From: Tubiluchus corallicola
Lineage: Eukaryota; Animalia; Priapulida
Assembly: GCA_030141605.1 (NCBI GenBank)
Contig: JAQGDQ010000135.1
Span: 62,001-126,000, forward strand
DNA length: 64,000 nt
Direction: 5' to 3'
Part shown: one piece after another, positions 12,536 to 24,500 of the stretch
Layout: each line of letters opens with the position of its first letter
Numbering within the stretch: position 1 is the first letter of the stretch
Made by a program: the position numbers and the translations under genes
The notes under the pieces: generated by a model
What the model was told of the DNA's origin: nothing
The model's database searches: none
What the model saw: only the letters and a program-made list of their open reading frames with translations

Positions 12536-13895
12536 CTGTATTGTTTGGCAGTTAATTAGAACAAAATCTATTACCTGCTGCAGATGGCAGTGGTCACTTT
12601 CACCAGCATGTTGGTCAAGTGTTCATCAGCCATCAGGTGGCCAGCGGTCAGTTAATGATCAACATCAATAAAGAAATCATCGCTGACCACTCTACCATTA
12701 CAACACTTCAACACATGGTAGTGTGGTGTCATTAGAACTTGGGACAAAAGAAATACGCATGTAGCCAAATAAGGCGAGATGACGTTACAGAATTAATCCT
12801 AGATAGTACATATTATGCTTGATAATGAAAAAATTCTCATTTCCGGTTCTTGTCGAATGGAACACTTTGCCAGGTAAATGTAAACATTTATTGTACAGAA
12901 GTTCTACGAGTTACAGAAAAGTGTACAGCTATTTATGATTTCATTGAATTCACAAAATTTGAGATTTTCTTACTGATGAATGAAAACTTCTGCTTACCCG
13001 GTTGACTTTAGAGAGAAAATTAGGACCTCTTGGTTCTGAATAATTATTTTATTTATTTATAATGATTGATCGTCTTTATTGTAAACAAATTTGTTTATTT
13101 ATCACAGGAAAATTTGCAAAAGCTGCGGAGTGAAAGAAAAATTTTAAAAATTCCTTTGATGTCGCAAAGCGGTTAATCCTAAACTAATGTTTTTTTTGGG
13201 AAGGGAGCCAAGTATAAGACTGCAACACACAGAAAAATGCTTATGAAAAATCCCCCAGGAAGGTAGAAAGTAATCCATCTAGAAATAAAACCGAAACTGC
13301 AAAATGTTGTCATTAAAGCGCACGGTAATAGCATAAGCTACAATTAAGTAAGATTACTTAATCTTTAGGAGATTACTTACTTTAATGCGCAATTAAATCT
13401 AAAATCTTCCATCACAATACTGTTTTTACTCTGTATTTCTCTATCTATCTTTACCTATCTCCAAGTCTGCACTTTCAAGGTTTTTTTACATTCTTTCTTC
13501 CTTTCTCCGCATATCCGGGGTGCTTTACACAAGTACTTTTAAGAACCCCATCTACAAACTTGCTTTTTTTAAGTTCAATATTATTAAAAACCGTTGTTCA
13601 ACATGTACGTAATATCTAATAAAATATAACAATATACAAGGAGGCAAAATTAATTATAGCACTTCACTGTACTGTAGGTTTTACATTGCCCATCAATCAG
13701 CATTTCATTTTATCATGTCTACATGGTAAAAAACCAAACATGCTTCTGATAAATGGAGGTTACGAGTTCAATACCGCGACTGAATATCAAAAAACTCCAA
13801 AATGCTGCCTGTTGGCGGCCTACTTGGTATTTTATAATAAGGATAAAGGCAAGGTAAGTCTACTATTTTCTTTAGTTATTTACAGTCAGCTAATA

Positions 13896-14003
13896 TCACC
13901 ACCACCACCACCACCAATACCATAACCATCATCATCATCATCATCGCCATCGTCGTAGTCTCATCACCACCATCATCATCATCGCATTCTTCATCGTCAT
14001 CTT
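13896..14003. repeat. (CAC)n/(CAT)n compound microsatellite
   Basis: Direct inspection. Confidence 0.85.
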
Positions 14004-14955
14004 CTTGTGGAATCGAGTTATAAACGAGTTTCTATAAATTTCTAGTAACCCACTGTATCGTATTCTTCTTTTCTTTTCTTTTTTCTACCTTATCTATTAC
14101 CTATATCTACCTTACCTATATCATTCATCATAAAAATTGCTGACAGATAACAGACGGCATTATTTTCTTACAACAATTTCTTAATGCAGTAAAAGCTAAT
14201 TTTGTAATCTGGTACAGACCTTTAACAGCTTTCTGGAAAATGTTTGAAGAAACTGAGCGTTAACCGGCTGTTACCTTTGCATTTTCTTTCAATTTACAGA
14301 AGCAAGTGAAAGCCTTTCTCACAGGGTCAAACAATAATGCACAAGACAGTGACCAGATTGGGCAGGTTAACATTGTTTGGATACTGTTAGAATCTATTCA
14401 AACTTAAAGCTCAGCTGTAGCTACTTCAAACCCCACTCTATACAATTTCACTGTTTACTTACCGTATTACGCCAAATTGCATTTTCCAAGTTCCTGCAAC
14501 TGTGGTAGCCTGTAACGTGACCCGTGCAATGAAGACAGCACAGTCACCAGCACCCCGCCCCCCTCCAAACTCAACCCGTTACAAGCTGTCGAAAGTTGTT
14601 TGCGTAAACGCGTTCGATAAATATTATTCCCCCGGTTTTTGTGTTTGCGAAAAACAAATTCGGTGTTTTAAGTGAAATCCTCCCCGGGTGTCGAATTCGG
14701 CCGGGGAATCCGGGAATCACTGGCTTCTCTTTAATTTCGACCGCCGAAATTCATGCGCATCGGAAATGCGGGCGGTTCGGTATTTATAAATATGACATTA
14801 ACACCGCGACACCGCCAAAAGCATTGCCAGTAAGCCAGACTCGCGTAGGGTAATGGCCAAAAACTAATGGCCCAAGCATGCAAACTCGTTCAAGATGCGA
14901 GCACTGGTTATGATTTTTAGCAGGAAGAAATCATTACAAATATAGATCTTCTTAC

Positions 14956-15158
14956 CTCGAAGGCGAAAGACGGCTGTTCAAACGAAGGGGCATTGTCGTT
15001 CACGTCATCTACGTGTACGGTAACGGTAACGTCTGTAACGTGCACACCGTCGCTAGCGCGCACCCCCAGGATGTACTTCCCGGTCTCCTCACGGTCCAGG
15101 GTGCGCGTGTTGCGAATCATGCCCGTGGTGGGGTCGATGCTGAACGGACTTTCCTGGC
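14956..15158 (-). CDS. FAT4: Fat4-like cadherin coding exon 3 (203 nt, phase 1 to 0)
   Basis: tttttcag|GCCAG acceptor, GAG|gtaaga donor. Encodes QESPFSIDPTTG...LDREE...DDVNDNAPSF. Confidence 0.93.
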
Positions 15159-16229
15159 CTGAAAAACAAAACAATTTGATAATTAATAAAGAAAGATTAC
15201 AAAGAGGCGTTGAAACGTTTTGCATTTTAAATGGCTTTGGAAGGAAGATCACTCACCAACGAAAAATGTAAACAACGAGAACGGCAGCCGTTTCGAAAGT
15301 TTGATAATGTTTACCATCGCACATGACACATGCAAAAGTCATCAGAGAAATTTCACGGGCAGAAAGTATCCTATTCGGGGCAGACCCAGAAGTTGCCTGT
15401 GCTGTGAATCGCGAGGACATTCTCAGTTTCTATAGCAATCAGTCAACAGAATTAACATGCAATTAGTGAGATGACGGGAATAGTTGTTTATGCTTTAAAA
15501 AAACGGATGCGGCTACATTTAACTTCGGCGCAATGTTCCTGATTTTATGTTCTATGCATGTGTAAATGTGTTTGTATAGTACAATTACAACATTTTTATG
15601 ATGTAAATAATTTTTTAAATTACTGTTCACATTTTTATACACTTTTACCCTATTAATCAGTACGTCAACTTTTACTAGCATTTATTGCCTTTAAATTATG
15701 ATAATTAATAGACAGAATAAAATATAGGACATATAAGTCTGTAATGACTTCGAAGTTTTTTTCTGATTTCAATAATTTAATAATCTTTAGTATAATGTAA
15801 AGTCTGTATTATAGTGAATAATATGTCTATTTGTAACATATGTAAATAAACTCTTTACTTACTGAAGAGATTGGCTACAAAAGTTGCATATAGTAAATGG
15901 AGTGCTAACCATTGGTAACACTACTTCTGTCACTTATCATTGACAGCGTTTAATTTTTTTTCAGTCAGTTCTGCATTTCATCTAAGATGATTGTCCTTGA
16001 TAAGTGGTTAGGTTCCGGTCACGTCACAACGATTCGGATACTAATATAACATAGACTTTAAATGCTCGATTTCTGCTTTGAGTGTCTGAAATGCACGGGA
16101 AAAACTTGGATACTTATACAGCTTGAAGGGCAGCTTACACCTAAGTAACTAAATTCCTTAAAAATTGGCTTGTGAGCTGACATTAAATAAAAAGTATACC
16201 AAACCAGTTTATTTGTTTTTCTTGGTGTG

Positions 16230-16496
16230 CAGGACATTTCCCAATACTTATTTCTCAGAAGAAAATTTTCCAACATTCTTTCCCAAGTACAAAATTTCTT
16301 TCCAACATTTATTCCTAAATAGCCGTAGAAAAAATTCCCAACATCTATTCTCGAATAGCTGTACGGAAAAGTTCTCCAACTTTTATTCCTTTATAGCTGT
16401 AGAGAAAAATTTTGCAACATTCCTTCTCAAATAGTTGTACAGAAATTTTCTAACATTCATCCGCATATTTATTCCTAAATAGCTGTATAGAGAAAA
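16230..16496. repeat. Degenerate ~36-38-bp minisatellite
   Basis: Recurrent AAAATTYYCCAACATTYATTCYYAAATAGCTGTA-like unit. TAGYYGTA at 16320, 16356, 16394, 16432 and 16480. Confidence 0.8.
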
Positions 16497-17888
16497 CGTG
16501 AATTTCTCATTACACAATATTCTGTAGTATGCAATGATGATGATCGTTACGGCAGCTTCTGGAAGCTCATTGAGCCTGAGCTATTTTAGACCCACTTGAT
16601 GGGCTAGATGTATGAATGGAGCAGCATGCCAGCAACACTCAAATCCATAACATAAACAACCCACAAGTCCAAGCAACAACCGTTTAACATTTTTGTCAAG
16701 ATGAAAAGAAAAACCAGAGAGAGAGCTGGCAACACAAGGTCACAGATTATTCCACTTACAAGAAGCCAAAAACTTATCCCCACCTTTGCTTGCATAAACA
16801 CGGCTAGGAAACCCTACACTAACCGCACGGGTTATCCCAGTCTGGAGTTTTCCCGGCGCTGGCGGTTAGGCTAATATCCCATATGTTTGACACAACACGA
16901 CGTAGGAGCTTCACACTAATAAGCGTACATGGTTTATACACGTTTGTACATGAACTGTTGCTGGGTGGTCCTCATCATCAACTTATTAGCAACATCCATT
17001 GTGAATTATGCATCCCATGCTGGATAATTATCGTATGAAATAACAAATTTCGCCCATTACTAAACTCTGCTTGATATGGATAAGACAGTGGGGTAGGTCA
17101 TATCAGTAGCATAATCAGCCACCCACCCAGAATAATTCCTAACAACGCCTAAAAATCACACATATCACATCACGCTCAAAAGGATGCAGAAAACTTAAAA
17201 AATATCACAAATAGTTTCTTGGAAATTTCTCTTTTCTGACAACACACCACAAGCAGCTTATTGGTAGAAACTTCGCAATTTGCAAAACTGGTGTTCTACC
17301 CAATGTCTTATTGATCATGTTTTGTGCTTTTTCCTGTTTTTTCTTTTCACCTGAAGATAATACAAAGAGGTGTACTGAAACAGCTTGTCTCTTCTTTATT
17401 GCAGGCTAATTTCATTAATTATTCTGATTCTGTCATTAGGAATATTATTCTGTTAAAGGATCTTGTTTCATAGTAACCTATACTTGTGGCGTCAATAGTA
17501 ACACAAATTTTTGCTTTCGCTTTTACATACTTTATTTTACATATTGGAAAATTTAATTTTTCCAGCATTACTGTGATAAAAGCTATTATGGTCACCGCAA
17601 TTTTAATAAAGGTTAACATGCCGAAAGTGACATTTGAATGGATGGGTGTGCAGGTTCAATACTCGCGCTGGTAAGTTTCCTACACCAAACCTAGCTGTTT
17701 ATCTCATACGGGGAGGATATGTTCACGTCCGAACGTGGTTAAAGTACCTCTGCCGACTGAGTGCCCCAGATCTTGTATGCATAGTCCACGCCACGGAAAT
17801 TAAATTTCCAATAAAAAAATTGTCAATCTAACTTCGCTACTTTCACTTAAAAAACGGGCAAAGCGATAAAAAGAACAGTAGCACATAC

Positions 17889-18051
17889 CTTGGTATATAT
17901 GATAGTGAATGGTGTCTCCCTTATCGGGATCAGTGGCTGTGACTTTACCAATGGTATGATCTTGATGTACATCTTCTGGTACAAAGAAAGCATATTCTTC
18001 TTGATCAAATACGGGTGGGGAGTCATTCACATCAATTAGTTGTATCTCAAC
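17889..18051 (-). CDS. FAT4: Fat4-like cadherin coding exon 2 (163 nt, phase 0 to 1)
   Basis: ctctttcag|GTTGAG acceptor, CAAG|gtatgt donor. Encodes VEIQLIDVNDSPPVF...HYHIYQG and completes the repeat left open by exon 1. Confidence 0.93.
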
Positions 18052-21000
18052 CTGAAAGAGAAAGACAAAGATAGTTGAAAAACGGCATTTGCGGGAACAG
18101 AATTTACAGAAACTTGAAATTTTCACTCTAATGGCTACAATCTGTAAACTAATTAGATAAAAATATCTTTCTCTAGAATAATATTTAGATAAAATAAATA
18201 TTTTAGACAAAATAATAAAAGATTTCTTTTGTTATGTAACGAAAAAATGTTTATAAAAACGGGAGAGATTAATGAAAATGATATTTAAAAAACTAAAGAT
18301 GATTCTTAAAAAACAAAATATTTAACAATATCAACACAATGCAATAAGCGAAGATAAAGTACAAGAACTAAAATACTAGACCTCTAAACGAGACCTTGGC
18401 CTGCGGGGTAAACAGACAAAGAAAGGCAGATTCAGTGACAGACCGACAGACTAATAAGCACTTTCTTGTTATGTAAATTAATACAAACAAATAGCATATA
18501 TAGAACTTTAGGCATATATACATATATCACGACAAAGGCTAGCTTTAGAATTCAAGGTCAGTCTATATAGATTAGCAATAGCAGATCACGGAAGGGAAAA
18601 TCTGGCATGATTAAACATTTTCATGTTACAAAAAATTGACATCCCTATGTTATGATACGAGTTCATATGTCATAAGAAATCATGTTTTCCTCACTCGCTG
18701 GCGTTACGTTTTTAAAGGTGAGCTAAAGTAGCAAATGCTGTGATTTCTTTTCACTTTCAAAACATCAGCGTTTTATAGATTCTTCATCTTTCACAACTGG
18801 AGTGAATATCACATTAACTTCGTTTACGCGAAGAACACATTGCCCTTGGGTTTTGAGAGCCAGACGATTTGTCTATTTCTGTATGTCGGCTAGTACCCTA
18901 ATGTAAAAAGGTGTGGAAACCCTTGAGGTTACAAGAAAATTTTAACTGATTGTTTGTCAGGTCAAGTCTCTATCAATTCATCACGGCTATAATTATTGGG
19001 TTGCAAATAGTTATTTTCATCGGGGACATCTCCGCATGGAATATGCAATGTGCCAGTGGAAACCATTCATTGTCGTCATTGACAAACGCTTACAAAGAAC
19101 TTGCACGTGGGATTTTTTGTGGAGTTAAGAAACACACGAAACAAGGTACTGGTGGTACCCAAATGATCATGCTAGTGGAATGCTCAGAAAGGTTTACTCT
19201 CTAAACTATTCTCTGAGCAGCAAGGGGAAACAGCAAATGCTATTCTTGGATGGCGTCACGGCGGTAATACACCTAACACGTGCATATCAGACGACATCTT
19301 GGCTAACATGGATCACCAAATTATAAATCTGGTCAATAACTTTACTTTAAATTAGCTTCGATCAAAGAAAAAACTTTAAACCAGCTAAGCGACACATCAT
19401 TTACACTATACACACACAGCGCCACCACAGTCGAAGGCATCAGGACACTGACCCTCAAGAAATTCTTAATTATATTGGCTATGGAAATTATTTAATATCC
19501 AAACGTGTCATTAATTGCTAACCGATCATTGTTTCTTATACAAACCAAACAGACCCGATGGGCAAGACACGTGGTGAATGCACAGTTAATGTTAAACGAT
19601 GAGCGGTTAATCATTGGCCAAGCTCCCAATCGTCTAGCCCGCATTAAACATTAATCAATCATAAACTAATGAGATTTTCATTGTGCCGTTCACCCTGTCC
19701 ACGCAGCCCCGGTGTGGTTGTCACTCATGACACCTGTTTTCTCCCCTCTTTGCGTTTCTCGTCAGAGATTATTACCAAACAGCAAGATTCTGCAGCTAAC
19801 AGGTTCCCAGATTTCATCACCTTTGTTCTACCTGTCAACCTGTCTTTATCCCACCTACCCGTCGGCAATGATGACAAGAAAAGAACAAGGTCTAATATAC
19901 ATACACCAGTAGAAAGCCGCAGCACAATACCATACCTGTCAACAGTAGAAAGTTGCAACTTGATGGGCTTAAAAATCTGAAGTTTGTAAACAAATTTAAG
20001 ATTTACATTTGATACATTTAGATGACTGGAATCAAACCGTACGTTACCCCCACATCACCAGGATGGTGGATAATTAATCTACAGCTAGCGTTATGATGGC
20101 AGCCATTATAGTTAAAGCGACATGGTTTGATGATCATCATTGTATTATATCATCAAATATGCAGGAAGCATTTACATTCCTTTCACACACGAATTCTAGC
20201 AGTTAAAACGACGTAGAGTGATTTTAACTACAATTTATTAAGATTTTAGCTCTCAACCGACATAAACTGTCATTGCGTCAGTTTGGGGATGGTACCCTGG
20301 GCAGATATGGCCTAAATCTGCTGGACGGACAAGCTCCCCAAAGAGTTCTGTTGACATGCACTTACACACAAGCATTCCTTAGTTTTGCGGAGCTGCAGGA
20401 AGTCATAAAATCACATGTTCCTCAAATGGAAAGACTTTTTTAAACTCAGTCCCCTCTTGTAAGGGATTTACCACAATTTAAAACAACTTCACTAGTTCGG
20501 AAAAATATTCAAAAAAGAAAGAACTAGCTCTGCAAGTCTATCTACACAGAAGGATGTGATTATGGCTAAGCACGGTAAAATGCGCCAACTATGACATGTT
20601 TTGCGGCAGTCAAAATTCAATTTTTTGACAACCATTATTACAGATGGTACTTTGACAATACTTTTGTATTCAGCAAATGGAAAAAGTCGGCAATTTTCTG
20701 AATCAACTTCACAGATAAGCGTAACTTAAAATTAATTTTGCAAATTTCGCAATTAATGTTGTTGACGGCCATTCACAATTTTTGATGTTGATAACAAATG
20801 CCTTTATAACTTTTGTCATTTTAATAAAGCGGTGCTACAATTGTGAATAATTAATGGGTTGTGTACAAAGCCTTGTCTAGTATAATAGACTTGCTAATAA
20901 ATTTACTCACGTTTAAATACGAGAAACTAGTTATGCAACATACCGTATCTAATTAACAACGGTAAACAATTGCCAATTTTAATTGTGTCACGAGTGGCCA

Positions 21001-21519
21001 TGGTGAAATAATAAAACGGCTAATGGAGTAATAGGTTTTGTTCCATGCCAGCAAGTAAATTGAAAAAGCACTGAGTGTTTACTTATCAATTTTAATACGA
21101 ATGATTCATGATCAGAAATGAGGGTAATAAGTATAACGACCCGCTGGGTAGAAAATGGATGCGCTTCATAATAATTCTGCTAGAGAAAGAAATATAAAGT
21201 TATATTAATGGATGTATAGGTTGATAAAAAAGTTACAATAAACTAAATTGAATAAAATTAAATCTGATTCTTTTTTAATAAGCTTAAGTTAGCGTCAATT
21301 ATATTTAAATTTATTAGTTTATTAATTTAAGAAATAACGTATGTCAGGTTTTTATGTATGTAACTGATAAGTAGACTGCCTGATGTTTGTTTTGTAAAAT
21401 CTTGTAAGTTAATTTAAGGCACATGAATAAAAGGCCAAAACGAAGCAGTGACAGAATAAAAGGCGAAAGAGAGATGCAAGAGAGAAAGAAAGCAACAGGC
21501 AAACAGGCAGCAGACAAAC

Positions 21520-21528
21520 GAGAGAGAA

Positions 21529-21593
<65 letters not shown>
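21520..21593. repeat. (AG)n microsatellite within a purine-rich tract
   Basis: Direct inspection; explains the spurious SLSLSL and RERERE ORFs. Confidence 0.97.
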
Positions 21594-21597
<4 letters not shown>

Positions 21598-24500
21598 GGA
21601 AAGAGAGAATGGGCAAGGCAGTTGGAAGAGAAGAAACAGAAAGGTGAAAACAAGCTGATGGAAAATGGAATAACAGACCACGTCTGAGAGAAAACAGATA
21701 ACTTGCAAACAAATTAGAGGGAAAAAAATTAAAAGGAAAGCGGTCTTAAAAAGCATATAAAATATGTGAAAAAGAGAAGTCTTCCAGAAAGATGAAAAGA
21801 AACAGAAAAAACTGGATGAGAAACAAAGAGACGTGGAGAGGAAAAATGAGGGGAAAACATAGGCCAATCAGGTAACTTTTTAATTCACGTTGCTTTCAGA
21901 AGCATGAATATAATTAGTGTGAGCAATGAGCAAGCTTGGCCTGTAAATGGTGGACAAAGATGTCTCCTGAGCATCAAGTCAGCGACAAATTGGAGACATT
22001 TTGCAATCATATATACATTAGATTCATGGCTGTATTGGCAGGTGGTTACAGTAATTACAGCAACAAGGTCAGTCAAAAGAGACCACCGTGCAAAACTAAA
22101 ATGAGACAGTGATGCTGCTCCAGTTTCACTTTCTCAAGTTTGGCAAAGCTCACTCCGCACAAGGTACAATGGAATTTGATGTAGGTCAAACGGCTATTAA
22201 GCAACGTGGCGTAATAGTGTAGCGAAATTTAATTTACTCCTAAATTCGTGTCAGTGGCGCTACTCTTTCTTGAAGGCAATAGCTGAAGAGACAGTTATAA
22301 CCCCATATTAGTGCACGCAGCCTGCGTGTATTTTTAGTAAGTGTAAGTTGTACACTGGTTATGCAAAGTTGGATACTTAATGATGAGTGTGCTCTAGCCT
22401 CTACGTTGCAGCACACAAATTCCAAAATCAGCGGGAGTTGTCTACAGATAGGTAATACTCAGCCAAGTGTAAATAAAACTTCTACATTCGCCGTAATGGT
22501 TAACTATACTGCTACTTATGAGTTAAATTTATACGCAGTAATAATATTCAAGAACAAGGACCCAAACTCGACAAAACAACAGATTTAACAAAAATCGGAG
22601 TGACAAGGAACATTATGATGAAAGAAAGCGTCTGGGCCATAAATCGTTTGGGAAACTCAGGAAAACACTATAAGGCTGAACCATAACGACCATATTAAAG
22701 TTCAGTAGAAAAAATTCAAGTTTACAATATCCTGGAGGGTTACAAGACGTTTTTAGTAGAAACTAATTGTAACGAAATCTTGCGAACAGACTAGGAAATA
22801 TGCAACATCTCAGAAATGGCAGATTCGGGATAGCAGTTCAAATAGAGGACTAAAGATCGCAGTTTTTACAGGAACATATCTGCATATCAATATTTGGTAA
22901 AGACCAACAGGTTCAGTATCTCAATCTTTGATAATGAACTGGGTTTCGGTCCCGCCATAGCCACGAACCTAAATGCCGCCGAACTGTATAAAAAAGAAAC
23001 GACTTGTGAACGTGTATGTATTCAAGATTATAAGGACCTTTTAAAACTGCATCACCATAATGCGCTGAGGAAAGTTTTTGTAGACTATTCATATTCCCGT
23101 TTCCACTGTACTGACCTTTAATACATCAACATGAATTAATATACACTTGTTTAATGTCATTATATGGTAAGACATTCAGTTGGGATTTTCACGCGCACAA
23201 AGACGTTCAGGACAAGGGGAATGAACTAGCAAAACCATTGTAACCACGACCACTTCTTAGCTGCCTACAGGTACGCACACACACAGTCACCATACAATCA
23301 TTATTGTTCTTGGCACTTCTTGAGTTAATATCGCTTCAGCTATTTTGTGCACATAATTGTGCCTACGCAGTTTTTTAGCAAAAGTTTTCAGCCTCGGGGG
23401 TTCAGGAAAACGTATTAGCAGCTCGTTGAAGTTGAACTGCTGACATGGACAGCTGCACATACACGAGCCCGGGCTATAATTGAAAATGTTTAGTTCCATT
23501 ATGAGCGAGTGGAAGCAAGGAATAAGTTCTTCGTCATTATTGAGGATTATGGGAGGGCGGTAAAAAGAGACCACCTGTACAGGAACAATTATGGCAGAAA
23601 TTAATTCCTGGTTTGTCCGGAGGTTAAATTACCGTCACAGGAGGAGGAAGATGAAAAGACCTAGAGCCAAGACGCGACACCTTTTGTTATAACGGACTAT
23701 AGTATACATATCTGCATTCTGCACTTTACTAGCTTGCACAAAATTATATCAAAAAGTTCACTATATTATTAGACAGTTGACACGTCAGCTGCAGGTTTTG
23801 GGCGTTTATCAATCAATGAAATCAAAGATTTAATGTACCCCCAGAATTGCTAACGTTTCAACAAAAACTGATATTTCTTCTTGAAGAATTGAACTTATTT
23901 TTTACAAGTATACGCGCCTTTCAGGTAATCAGTACTATTTTTAGTACTGTCTTATGCTGGTATCACTTTACTCTGTTTGTCTGCAGGTAAGCGTAATCAG
24001 CTGGTTCAAAGGCACCAGGCCGACCCTGCTGCATGCAATGTATTGACAAGAGAGGAACCACTGGTTTTGATCTGATCCGTTTCCATAAATACTACAGGAG
24101 ATAATTAGGGCAGGTTGCACATAATATCTTTCACACCACCACATTCCTCTGGGCCCTCATTACGCCACACTCGAGTACATGGCATTCCCGCAACACGTAG
24201 TAGCGGAGGTGGTGTCCAGACACCCTCGCGCTAGGTACGCCCTGGATTGATGCAACCCCTTACGCCGCAGAAATCTGCAGCGTGTACTTTTGGTGAATTA
24301 TCACTGATAAACGGTCTTCATAAAACCATTTAATGGCTCATTAAATCTGCAACTGCGTATGAAGCTGATTCTTTTTACGGGCTGCGTTTCGGTGGTTAAG
24401 CTCAGTTTAGAATATTTATGTGGCCGACTCGGCCGAGCCAAAACAAATAACTTCCATGCCACAGGTTTAGCTTTTGTGTAAACTTTTAAAGCAGGAGTTA

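Noticed and set aside
16230-16496. ~37-bp periodic repeat as a CRISPR-like array
   Set aside because: Units are contiguous and degenerate with no unique spacers, there are no cas genes, and the context is a eukaryotic intron.
17345-17395. Minimal hammerhead-like string CTGAAGA...GAAACAGCTTGTC
   Set aside because: Stem II is poorly closed and the flanks cannot form stem I; at best a dead relic. An Infernal hammerhead search would settle it.
366-18210. Treating the small cadherin ORFs as separate protocadherin genes, a variable-exon cluster or pseudogene fragments
   Set aside because: All splice phases chain into one continuous frame with the giant exon; I saw no duplicated mutually exclusive exons.
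21344-21867. Several overlapping ORFs (SLSLSL, RERERE)
   Set aside because: Artefacts of the (AG)n microsatellite and purine-rich tract.
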